The translations under genes and the position numbers were made by a program. A stretch of 60,705 bases of DNA, counting the filler, from Circinaria calcarea (taxonomy: Eukaryota), in NCBI GenBank assembly GCA_051942165.1. It is 6 parts of 6 records of this genome, joined end to end, with 100 filler letters (N's around TTAATTAATTAA, not from the genome) between each part and the next. Parts side by side here need not be neighbours in the genome. Positions count along the whole stretch, not along the records: positions 1 to 10,057 come from JAVECS010000852.1; positions 10,158 to 20,207 come from JAVECS010000853.1; 4 more parts are not named here. One strand, given 5' to 3'. The stretch's first letter is position 1. Each line of letters opens with the position of its first letter. Shown one piece after another: positions 1 to 11,299 of this stretch. A model generated the notes under the pieces. It made no database searches, was not told where the DNA came from, and saw only the letters and a list, made by a program, of their open reading frames with translations.

Positions 1-2
1 AG

Positions 3-107
3 GCCGACATTGGCGGAGACTATGGAATCCAATGGAACTTACCAGAGGATCACATTCGACACGATGACGAAGATACATCACAGAGCAAAGGCAAAGAGAA
101 GGCTTAG
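3..107 (+). CDS. Possible 3' end of a gene cut by the contig start (…ADIGGDYGIQWNLPEDHIRHDDEDTSQSKGKEKA*)
   Basis: Open frame from the first bases to TAG at 105-107, acidic/basic protein-like tail followed by AT-rich UTR-like sequence; no family recognised. Confidence 0.3.
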   Translation, partial: ADIGGDYGIQWNLPEDHIRHDDEDTSQSKGKEKA

Positions 108-983
108 CGATTCCCAAAAGATGCCTCAGGGCGTATATATACATTAAATGGTTAATTCCTGCTGCGTGTTTTCATCGAGAGCGTCGACCCCTGGTGATTA
201 TATTAGTGCATAGCGACTTGAGCGTTTTAGCGAGGAGTTGGAACTACACCGGTCGACCTCATTGAGCTTAGTGTCAGAGTCATATTGGGGGTGGGCATGG
301 AGGGTTTCCCCTTCAAAAAAGGGACTTCATTCAATAGTGACGGTGTTATGGATTCTCCATATTCCAAGACATTTGCTTCTTAGTGCCGAGAGTGAGAGTC
401 AACTAGGTTCCCATCCTATTGGGCCGTGTATACTTACTGGTATTGCGTTTTTGTTGCTTTCGCTCCGCCTTTCATAACTCACTTCAAATATTGCTGTTAA
501 GCAGGATTCCTGCCAAAATTGCTACTGTGCAGCCAAACTCACTTTGGCCAACCTGGATTACTTCTGTCTCGAGTGTCAACCTTCGGTTGATCGGTCAATC
601 AACCCTTCATGACCGTGTAACGGCTATTCTACCTGGTCCTATAAGCTGCTGTGTAAAAGGCCTGAACACAGCCTTTCAAGCTTCACTCAGTCATGTCTGA
701 ACATGAAAATCCGTATGAGGCAGGGAACCGAGTTTTCGAGCTACATGCACCTCCTATAATTTGACCGGAATCCCCCCACAGCTTACCGACACCATGCAGT
801 GGAAGAGTCATCCTAACATGCTGCGCCTACAAAGATCAAAGAGTACATCATTCTTCCGACTTGAAGTACCATACGGATCTTGAATTTTGTGACGCACGGG
901 AAAAGGGTATGAGTGGTATTGCTGGGTCTGTGAAGGTATTGAGACCCTAATATAGAACTGGGGTACCGTATATTAACCGCCAC

Positions 984-1500
984 ATGGAGTTTTGGGAAGA
1001 CCTTGTAGAGACAGCAGCAAAGGAACTGCGTGAGTTGGAAATCAAAAGCTCTCCCATCAAAGGGAACATGGCGAAAGACGTCTCAACTTTTCTTCAACTA
1101 TCAGGCGAGATCAGAAACCAAATATACAAGTTCACCTTCGAGCCAAAGATATTCGAAAATATTGGTTGACCCAAGGTGAAGGATCTCATTCACCAAAAGC
1201 ACTCAAACATCGAGTCTCTGCCGTTGACTAACTTTGACGATCAGAGAAACTACCATAGGAGCATGATCAGGAAGAGATTGCCCAACATTACTTTCGAACG
1301 AACGTCGATGGGATCTGGCTACGCGCCTTAAATACCAAAACGCAATCACGCCTACATTTGAGATCCCCTCTGGACTAGGCCGCCCTCCTTCCTACCTACG
1401 CCTAGATCCGCGTGGAAACTACCCCAATATTCTACAGAACACACGCATTCCATTTTCACAAGCCGTACGGCCTTTAAGAGCTTTTAGGCCCTTCTTACCC
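984..1500 (+). pseudogene. Decayed fungal F-box-like (DUF7730/2EXR-type) gene
   Basis: ORF 984-1169 contains STFLQLSGEIRNQIYKF, like the fungal S-x-FL-x-LP-x-EIRNQIY motif. About 1385-1460 reads LLPTYA*IRVETTPIFYRTHAFHF, like the LLxTCRQIxxExxPIFYxxNTF motif, with TAG where Q (CAG) and TAC where C (TGC) are expected. Confidence 0.55.
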
Positions 1501-2029
1501 AAGACTCACAGAGCATCTATCAGAAACGTTGGGATGTATACTACAAGCCCCCAACGACTTGACAACCAACGGTTCCGAGAAGTGGGAGAGAAACCTGGCC
1601 GAAAAGGGCGGCGGGAGGAGCTGACAGGGCCTTGAAGAGTTTGAACCTCACAATGCTGCTTGCCATGGGCAGCCGATTACCCGACCATGCCAGCACCCTC
1701 CGGAGCAATTTGGACTCCGGGAAACATTAGGGCGAGCCCCCTTAGTTGGCTTTCCCAAAATGTGTGCTTTGAGCGGGGTTCGTATCTCGAGCACACGTCA
1801 AAGACCCCCCTCGTCGAGGCCGGTGAAGAGGGCTTGGGGTATAATACACGTAAGCTTTTTAGGCCAGGTTAGGTACGAACGTTAGAAGCTGTGGGTTCTA
1901 GACATTTCAAAACCTGAATTTAGGGGGTGGTCACATGGTATAGGGACTTTTCATTAGATAATCCAATAATTATTGTTTTCCCCCGGACCTAGGTCGTGTG
2001 AGAAGAAGAACTCGATAGATCGGGTAATA

Positions 2030-2425
2030 AATATATACATATAAATGTCCCGAACTTAGGGTAATACGTGATATCAGGTTGATTAACCTATCGCCGCTTT
2101 ACTCCCGCGTTATCGATTATTTCATATATATGCTCTTTTTTTCCTGCTCCCTCGTGCTCTTTTTTTATTTTCCCGTGCTCTCTCGTGCTCCTTTCCTGCT
2201 CCCTTATACTCCCTCGGTGCTCTCTTATCTTTTATATAATTAATGTCTTCGAATAATTTTAAACGATGACTAACGAAGAGCCGATATAAAATATTACTTA
2301 TAAAAATTAATATGGATGGTTTAATATATCCATTATAGCTTACAAGTAAAGTATTTATATAAGCCCTTTAAAGTATTATAACTATAGTAAACTTATAAGC
2401 TTACCGAGGCTTATTATTATACTTG
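2030..2425. repeat. AT/TpA-rich degenerate relic, probably a RIP-mutated repeat, with short imperfect TGCTC(C/T) repeats at about 2130-2225
   Basis: Abrupt AT-rich, TA-dinucleotide-rich tract (e.g. atataaaatattacttataaaaattaatat) with no ORF; the element family is not recognisable. Confidence 0.4.
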
Positions 2426-2456
2426 ATTCAAGGCGTGTCCCGAAAAAAAAAGCAAA

Positions 2457-2575
2457 ACATATAGCAGCTGGTATTCGCTGGTGATCACCCACCCAACTAC
2501 TAATCAGCCGATCTCAAACTTATATATCACAGAGCGGACGGGTATGCCCAGTTTTTTTAAACCTCGATTTTATCG
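2457..2575 (-). rRNA. 5S rRNA gene copy, probably a pseudogene (5' end diverged)
   Basis: Reverse complement reads …AAAACTGGGCATACCCGTCCGCTCTGTGATATATAAGTTTGAGATCGGCTGATTAGTAGTTGGGTGGGTGATCACCAGCGAATACCAGCTGCTATATGT followed by TTTGCTTTTTTTTT (Pol III terminator). This matches ascomycete 5S (CCCGTCCGCTC, TTAGTAGTTGGGTGGGTGACCACCAGCGAAT). The expected 5' ACATACGACCATA is missing. Confidence 0.85.
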
Positions 2576-3505
2576 TGTTCTTGAGCCTTTGAAGACGAGA
2601 AACCTGCTCAAGAGGAGATGGGCTGGTAACGGCTTAGATATCGAGATTCTGATGCTGGACCCCAGAGAGAGGTAGTAAACAGCGGCGACGTTTGATATAA
2701 TGCTTTGACACAGGCTTCCCCTTAACAGCACACAATCCCTTTTTCTTTATAAATCCCAGCAAAGGTGTGTTTCCTTATCACCGTTCACGGTACGTTTCTC
2801 TCCATCTTCTTTCGGGGAGGGAGTGAAGCGGAGGTAGGAGAGAGTACCGCGTAGGTTATGATAATTGTGGGAAAAATGCTATCTTGGCTAGATGGCTACG
2901 CTCAAAGACGTTGCATCCTTCTAGGAGTGACTGTTCAGATTAATACAAGCCATACATCCGATCACATCCCTTTCCTTAGGGCTTGCCTTTTATCTATCCC
3001 CCCCCCCTTTCTAGTCACTCATTATCCGCCACTCCCACACAACAGCTATTAAAACCCCAGAAGCCAAACTTTGCAGCACCAGAAGATAGATATGTATCTT
3101 CAAAAATCTAGTGGTTGACGCCGAGCACAGCAGATCGAAAATAATTACATTCAACCTCAGGACCCCGTGCCCAGTATGAGTATATCCAAGCTAGGGCTAG
3201 TTCGGATCATGTTTTACGCAATCTAGAAATTGGGACAGTGTAAAGAAAAAAGACATATAAACAAAGGGAATGGGGCAACTTGATTTGATTCAATTCAATA
3301 TTTAATAATGATTGTTCACTTGTTACTGCTAGTAACAAAAACCCTTACACATTATAAACAGCGAGCTATGCGACACGATTACTAAGGACTGGAATGGCCG
3401 TAAGAGCCGTGAAGTTTTTATCGCTGAGATCTAGCAAATCATACTGGAAAATAGCTATTTCTTTTGCTCATGATGATGACCTATCTATCTGGGGGCATCA
3501 TCACT

Positions 3506-5558
3506 TTACTCTATCATACGAAGAACATCCAGCTTGTTGTACTTTCTAGCCTGACTTGCTGGCGTATGCCCCCCCGGGACTTGAGCTCCGAGGCTAGCTT
3601 TTTTGGCAAGCAAGACCGTCACTGCCTCCTCGCGCCCGTGACGGCAAGCCTCACAGAGTGCAGTCATCCCATCTCCAATGTACTCATTGATGTTGGCATG
3701 GCCTTCGTCGAGAAGAAGCCGGACGACGGCAGCATTTCCACCCCTAGCGGCCAAGATCAATGCAGTACAGCCGTCTTCAGTGCGTGCACCAATAGCGGCG
3801 TCATTAGAAAGTAATAAGCGTACGGTCTCTTGCTGTCCGCAACGGCTTGCTGCCACCAACGGAGTTTCACCCCAAATGTTTTTCTGCTCCTTATTTGCTC
3901 CACGCAGTAGAAGCTGGTGAACCATAGACCTATTGCCCTGCTGGGCTGCTAGGGAGAGTGCTGTTTTCTTTTTGAAGTTCCGAATCTCGAAATCGGCGCC
4001 CGCTTCAAGCAATAGCTGAAAAATGCCTTCGTAACCCTGCTCGCATGCTTGAGTTAAAGCCGTATAACCTTTTTCATCTTGAGCATTGATTGGAGTGCCA
4101 TTATCAATAAGGTATTTTGCGATCTCTACATTTCCCTGCAACGCAGCTATATGGAGTGCTGTTTGTTTGGAGTCGCTAGTAGAGATAACTGCTGAAGAGT
4201 CGGAGCTGATTGCAGCTCTCATACTTGGCATATCTTCATCCTGTGCAGATTGTAGAATGCTCTTAAGCGGTTGTTGTGACCGAGTCTCTTGTAAACTTTT
4301 AGGCACCACCACTCTCAGCACATCCTCAACTGAGTTGAAGACTCTATCCTCTTTGCCAAAATTGTGCAGGTTGAAATGATTCCTCTCTAATAAACGATCC
4401 GTAATGTGGACGTTTTTCGTATAAGGAAATTCGATTTTTGCAGAATCGTGAGAGACAAGCATAATCTAAATCTGATCAGCTTGCAGCGTTCTCTTGTACA
4501 GCTTTATACTACGCGCACCTTTGGAATCTTTTCCTCGTTGACTATCTTTCCAACATTAGAGACTTGAGCCTCGAGAAAGCAACCCACGTTAGGTTTTTGG
4601 TAGTCATGAACGTTGTTGATGAAATCAGTCCTCAGCTCGGTTAGAGTATCACTATTTTCTCGGAATGTCTCAAGCATATCTGTTATGACGTGAGGATGTT
4701 GCTTATTTATTAGCCTTGGCAAGTCCTTCTGAAACCACTCATGTATTCCTCGAAAGGGAGTTCCAAAGAAAAGTATTGCATCGGTGTGCTTAAAAAGACA
4801 GAGTGCTTTCCCATCATCGGCCCATTCGTTACGACGGTCCTCAGCCAACTTTAGCGCCTATAGTTATTAGGAACGGCAGATCTGAGCATAAAGAAAGGAT
4901 CACCTTCAAGAGCACAATACCACCAAAGCTATGAGCCACGAAGATCAGCGGGGTGGGTAAAAGTTTCTTTGAAGTTAGCCGAAGCATAAGTTATTGGGAG
5001 CAGGTTAATTATAATACCCAGGACTTTATCGCGCTCAGAAGGTTTCTCGCCACGTTGGTAAGCCTCGTATTAACTGATTTATCTCCGTACCAACTAGAGT
5101 CGTATCCAAATGTCCATACACGGGCGTTAGGAATGATATCGACAAGTTGTCTATTTAGCCAATTCCAGTTCTCATCTTTCTGAACCCAAGTCATGACGGG
5201 ATCCGCGGCAAGTCCGTGTACTGCGATAACACTACACTTAAACTGTGAGATTAGTGTTACCAATAAACACAGGAACGAACGAGTGCTGCAACTAATGGTT
5301 GATGGTGATAGCAACTAGTAGATCTCTGTTCACCTAATCCAGCTAAAATCCACAGCTTCGGATATATCATACAAGATACGAAGCTCTACTGAAAAACAGG
5401 TTCGCTAATAGAGAGATTATCGTCAAGTAAGGTCATTAGCCTTCTGGTATGAAACGGAAAACATACTTTACCGAAGGATGAGGATGATCATGAAGGATTT
5501 TCAAGTCTCTATAGTCTGTGTTGAACGGTCGATCACGATGGCTTTGAGGCTTTGCCAT
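3506..5558 (-). CDS. SesB-like/PGAP1-DUF676 alpha/beta-hydrolase fused to ankyrin repeats (5 exons)
   Basis: ATG 5558 MAKPQSHRD…LKILHDHPHPSVN, then spliced (GT-AG introns) to VIAVHGL…PNARVWTFGYDS, PLIFVAHSFGG (nucleophile elbow), ILFFGTPFRG, VGCFLE, LVSHDSA…RNHFNL, then about 6 ankyrin repeats (TALHIAA, TALTQAC, TALSLAA, TPLVAAS, TALILAA, TALCEAC); stop at 3506. Confidence 0.85.
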
Positions 5559-5936
5559 AACTCAAGGTGATAATGACAGAACCACGAGGTGACGGATCTC
5601 CGAAGAGGACTAAGAAGTAATGTGTGGCGTGTGCAGATAAACATTTAATACAAAAAGAAAAAGTTCGAAATAGATAAGGCCTTAGCAGGTAAAGAAGATA
5701 TATAAGCTATCAATTGTATATTCGAAATAGGAGGCTGTTTATTATCAGGCGATGTACGCGTAAGCAACTACGTAGCGTACCTAATAATAGTATCACGAGT
5801 TGGCCTTGAAGATCTTGTGCGACCAACGTGACGAGGAGGGGGTGGCTCCAGGCGGATATGAAATATTCATGCTAATCGAGTGCTCTCTACTGACTTTTCG
5901 TCAACAAGTTTTGCGTCTTGTATGATAGATGGTCAT

Positions 5937-8319
5937 ATGGACCCACTATCAGTAACTGCTAGCATTATTGCTGTGGTGGGAGCGGGTACAACAACCGTGA
6001 AACTTTTGAAGAAGCTTGTCTCTCTCAAAAATGCCCCAGCCATCGCATTAGCTTTGGACAGCGAGCTTTCCGACCTACGACTTAATGTCTTAGCTATACA
6101 AGACTTGTTTATGAGACAAGCAGAGAAACTTACATCACATAGTGGTGGAGACACAGTTCTTGATCGCGACGTGATTGCGAATATAGCTCGGTGTCTTAAG
6201 CAGACAAACGACTTAGCAGTCGATTTGGACCATTTACTTAACCCGCTGTTGTCTTCAACATTCCACTCCGGCAATGCTATGCCAGGGAAATGGTATGGTT
6301 GGATCAAAAACGAGAAAAAGTTGAAGCGCTTTCAACAGGAACTTCACGATACTAGGATTAAACTCAACACTCTATTCGGAATGCTTAGTTTGTAAGTTTT
6401 CCACTACCAGTGAACTTACTCCAATACGAGCTGTGTTTCTTTGCGTATTACAAGCAGATCTGACAATCCTATCAATGGTAGGAGCACTTCTATACGTATC
6501 GAGTCAGTATCATGCTCGGTCTATGATAAAGTCGCAAACTTAGAAGAGCTCCAAAAACGAATAGAGAGGTCATACGATCGATATATAATGAGACTAGAAG
6601 ATGTTCGGGGACGGATTATGTGCACATCCATCAACTGCCAGCAAACATCAGCCGGACATAGTCAAGATGAGCTTGTTACTCGAGCAAAGGACAAGGATTC
6701 GAACTCTAATAACAAGAGGCCTTCATCAGAGTTAGGAGACCACGCTATTACCATGGCCACAAATTTCATGTCAAGCTGGCAGCCGCTTCCACTGCAATGT
6801 AAATGCTGTTGCCATCGAAGTTATTCGAAGAGGTCATCTCACCTTGTGGATCAAATTTTGGGCACTCTTTTCGCGCGGTTTTCCGCGCTTCCGTATCTGG
6901 CCCTTGAATGCAGTATCCCGAGCTGCACGCAGTCTTGCATGATTTCGGATGTCCTGATTTCAGCTACCTACTTTTTCCCGACATGGTTCCTCTCATGGGC
7001 TATAAGCCTAGCGCTTAGAAGATCCACCTCAGGGTTTGACTACAACATCCGCGTTCTTCATTGCGTACCGTATTCGTCGCCTATCTTTCAGTGCGCCTAT
7101 CAAGGAGATGTTATTGGAATGAAAACTCTACTCCAGAATAGGTTAGGGTCTCCCTTCGATGTAACGTCTAAACCACAACGTTCGTTACTTGGAGTAAGAA
7201 TTGCTTCTATTGACATGTACCTTCGCTTATCCTCCTTTTGACAGGTTGCCGCATCTCGAGGGCATGGAGATATATGTGAGGTTCTTATACATGCCGGAGC
7301 TGATCCTTTTTTCGTAGATTTCAAGAACAGGTGCGTTCGAGCTCGCTATTTAATAGCGAGTGCCGACTAATATGAGAAGGTCTGCCATCGATATCGCTTG
7401 GGAAGTGGCTTTGACTAGCAATAAACTTGCAAAGCGCATGCATATTCTTTTAGCATTGTCCTCTTTTCAAACCTATACATTGGAGCATAACCTGAGCCCC
7501 CTACACAAGACAGTCCTTGGTCTTACGGATGCTGACCTTAAGTCGTTACTTAAACGCACTACCCATAATGCAGTCAATGATAAAGATACCCACGGACAAA
7601 CCGCGCTTTACTGGGCAGCCCTCCGTGGCGACTCTCAAGCAGTCTCGCTCCTCCTTGCGGCTGGGGCTGATGTCAGCATCCAAACCGATCGTGGAGCTAG
7701 GGCACTGAATGCAGCTCTTATGTCATGTGATGCACAATGTGTGCAGAAGATTTTGAAGAACGACTACGATATCAATTATACACAGGTGGATGGGTGTACA
7801 CCTTTGCATTACAGCTGCCGTTATAAGCATAGTGTCAAGACTGTGAAGGCGTTCCTTGACCTCGGGGCCGACATAAACGCAAAGGAAGCCCTGGGATACA
7901 CGCCACTTATGATCGCGACATTTAATAGGCGAACCGCGGTCGCCATGATCCTCATTGATCAACAGGCTAATCTTGATGCTCAGGCGAGAAATGGAGAGTG
8001 TGCTCTCCACCATGCTATCATGGCTGGCGACCACAACACTATTCGTTATTTATTCGAGAAAGGAGCTAGTTGTCGACTCAAAACAACCGCAAGAGAGACA
8101 CTACTGCACTATGCTGCCCGGAGATATGGAGACCAGGCTTTGCTTCGTATTCTGGAATCTTTCGATCTTCAAAGCATCGGCGCTGAAGAAAGAAACCACC
8201 CTCAAAAACTCACTGCACTTCAAGTTGCTGAAACCAATCATGCATGCGATGTTGAATGGCTTGAGATGTTTAGGGCCTTAGTACGAAAAATTGCGCCAGA
8301 GTGTTTTAGCACAGAATGA
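5937..8319 (+). CDS. HeLo-like (Helo_like_N/SesA-type) N-terminal domain + Cys/His-rich linker + ankyrin repeats (4 exons)
   Basis: Starts MDPLSVTASIIAVVGAG, the typical fungal STAND N-terminal helix, followed by helical region …ELSDLRL…KKLKRFQQELHDTRIKL. Introns at about 6392-6481, 7194-7244 and 7331-7378. Contains CKCCCH…CSIPSC and ATYFFPTWFL, then ankyrin repeats (TALYWAA, TPLHYSC, TPLMIAT, CALHHAI, TLLHYAA). Confidence 0.85.
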
Positions 8320-8826
8320 TCAAATTGAGATTGGTAAAGCAAACAAGGGCGGATTCTGGAAGGGGAGTTGAAAGGGTGGAGGGGGTTTGGAAAAGGAGTA
8401 CCGGTGGCAATGGAGAAACATTGATGGAGGGTGAGTAGTATTGCTATGAAGATATCGGTATACAAAGTCTTAGAGAGTCTAGGGATTGTGACAGGAGATG
8501 ACAGATATTTAGCCTCAAGTAAATCTAACAAAGTTTGGCTTAAGACCATACAGTTGAGATACATAGAATAGGGTACACGAGGAAAAATGATACAGTAGAA
8601 TTAACCATTCAACTTCTCGACTTCCTCCCCGCATTGTGGGGGCATGTTACCCCTCCGTACCCGTGGGAACCAACTCTACGCCCAACTGCGCCAAAGTCAA
8701 TGCGGTCTGTCACGTTGTACCTTGTCGGTATCCTTGGGAGCTCTACTTCGTATATACTACCTCTGTCCGAGTCGTATCCAGCGGAAACCATTGAGCAAAC
8801 TGCGATCGGTCGCGTCTGTTTGCAAA

Positions 8827-10057
8827 ATGGCTCCTCAACTCGATAGCTACTTTAAGCAGTGGGTGATATCTGATAGTTTTATTTTGGTACTCTTTAACGG
8901 CTTAGGCCACTGATACCACATCTCTCTAGGGTCGACAGCTTGTCGGAGTCCTTCATTGATCGTCGGTAGTCCCCCTTCACTCCCAGCACACTCTCCTCCC
9001 ATGTGCCCGGCCAATCCAGCTCACACCATGCCCAGGCCTCCGGAAAGCTGTTGCGATCCCCTCCGTTTCAGCGGACGAGGACCGCCGTCCAGATGTGGTC
9101 AAGGTGAGCCCTTGCCGGTATTTGCTGTCCCATTTGCTCCTGGCTGATAATTCTCTACCACTCACAGATGTCCGAATTCCTCGTCTCGGAGCTCACTGAG
9201 CTGGGGGCTACAGTCCACTCCCGGCCTCTAGGGCCCCAGCCTGGAAAGCCCCATCTCCAACTCCCACCCGTCATCATAGCCCGATACGGTTCTTCTCCCT
9301 CCAAACGAACAATCCTCGTCTACGGCCACTACGACGTCCAACCTGCGCTAAAGGATGACGGGTGGGCCACGGATCCTTTCAGCCTGACCGTCGACGACAA
9401 GGGCCGCATGTACGGCCGCGGCAGCACCGACGACAAAGGCCCCGTGTTAGGCTGGCTGAATGCCATCCAGGCGCACCGGGACGCAGGCATCGAATTCCCC
9501 GTCAACCTCCTCATGTGCTTCGAAGGCATGGAAGAGTACGGCAGCGAAGGTCTCGACGAGTTCATAGAAAAGGAAGCCCAAAAGGGCGGCTTTTTCGCAG
9601 ATGCCGACGCCGTCTGCATCAGTGACAACTACTGGCTTGGCACCGAAAAACCCTGTCTCACCTACGGTCTCCGCGGCTGCAACTACTACAGCGTCACCGT
9701 CAGCGGGCCCGGCCAGGACCTCCACAGCGGCGTCTTTGGTGGTTCGACCCAAGAGCCGATGACGGACTTGGTCCGCATCCTGGGGAGCCTCGTCAACACG
9801 CACGGCAAGATCCAAATACCGGGCATTATGGAAATGGTCGCCCCGCTCACCGACGACGAGAAAGCCCTCTACGGCCCCATCAGTTACACCATGGATAACC
9901 TGTACGAATCCCTCGGGTCCCGGACCGGTATCTTCGACACCAAAGAGCACACCCTCATGGCGCGCTGGCGGTACCCTTCGCTCTCCGTGCACGGTATCGA
10001 AGGCGCCTTCTCCGCTCCCGGCGCCAAAACCGTGATTCCCGCCAAAGTCATCGGCAA
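8827..10057 (+). CDS. DUG1: Cys-Gly metallodipeptidase (M20 family, CNDP2/Dug1), 3'-truncated by contig end
   Basis: MAPQLDSYFKQ start, three short introns, then ILVYGHYDVQPA, MYGRGSTDDKGP, FEGMEEYGS, CISDNYWLG, DLHSGVFGG, RWRYPSLSVHGIEGAF. Confidence 0.93.
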
Positions 10058-10157
10058 NNNNNNNNNNNNNNNNNNNNNNNNNNNNNNNNNNNNNNNNNNN
10101 NTTAATTAATTAANNNNNNNNNNNNNNNNNNNNNNNNNNNNNNNNNNNNNNNNNNNN
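10058..10157. other. Artificial contig linker (N44-TTAATTAATTAA-N44)
   Basis: 100-nt spacer with a six-frame stop core, identical at all five joins. Confidence 0.98.
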
Positions 10158-11299
10158 GAGGGGAGGGGAGGGGAAGGGAGGGAGGCGAAGGGCGACGTCG
10201 CCGGCGTCTCTGGGCAGTCCGTAGGGGCATCTCATCCTCGTTCTCATCATCGTCATCTATGATGAAATCTGGATGGGGGACGAATAGGGCTGCTCTCCTC
10301 CGTTCCCCTGTACTCCCATCGTGCATCCATTTTGGTAGCCGGGCATTGTCACAATCCTAGCGTATCTTTTTTACCGCAGCAAAAAGTTTCCTCTATCCCT
10401 CCTGTTCTCCCTGCGCCATCCCACATTGGTTTGTGACATATACACCCACTGTTTAGCCACCAGGATACCTGTATCACACGTAGTATCTTTCCTGGAAGAA
10501 CCCCTTCAGGAATGAGGTGCTGCCTTGGCTTAGCGCTGTCGTGACAAATGCACCCTCAAGTGAATTGGTGGACGTATCCGCATAAGTAAAGACTTTCAGA
10601 TGGGGGGCTAAGGCGTTCACTGTGGCCTGGTATCGTGGCTATCGGTTCCGATGGTCTCTGCTGAAAAAGGACTGTGAGGTAGAGAGGTAAGTATATAGGT
10701 GCGTCGTAAATATTCATTGGCCACGTTGGCTTCCGTATGCTCGACCAGATAGTTTTGGCAAGCAAGATGTTTTGCTTGGCTTTTTGACTCAAAACCTCTG
10801 GGTTTTGCGTTTACGTAGATTAGTCCTATAATCTAAAATAGATATATCCTATTATATACCACCAATTGGATGACTGCGTATATTCCCAGGAATTTGTCAA
10901 AAAATTCACTATAATTGCGAAATGGGAAATAACTCGAGCATAAATGATCATAATTTGAAAGACATTTGAAGAGGGCCTATTCGTTTTAGACAGGCCTATG
11001 GTTAATCATGACATTTCTAGCCAAAGAAGGGGCCATCCGAATTCCTTCAGCATTGAGTAAATACCGGTATCGACACTATTTGATGATCATCAGCAAACAG
11101 CATCATCAGGCAGCGGCAATTAGAGCGCCCGTATACGTCGAAGGAGACGAAGAGATTGCCGGCCCTCACGATATATCGTATATAGGAGGTTATCTGGGAC
11201 TCATCGCCATCGCTGCAGTGGTATATAATTGCTTCGTAGCCCGGTTATTAGAGTAGTGCTCCTAGAATCCATGCTAGACGGAATTAAGTTTTACCCAAT

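Noticed and set aside
3506..8319. Amyloid signalling motif (sigma, PP or HET-s-like) on the ankyrin pair
   Set aside because: Neither terminus shows G/N/Q-rich pseudo-repeats.
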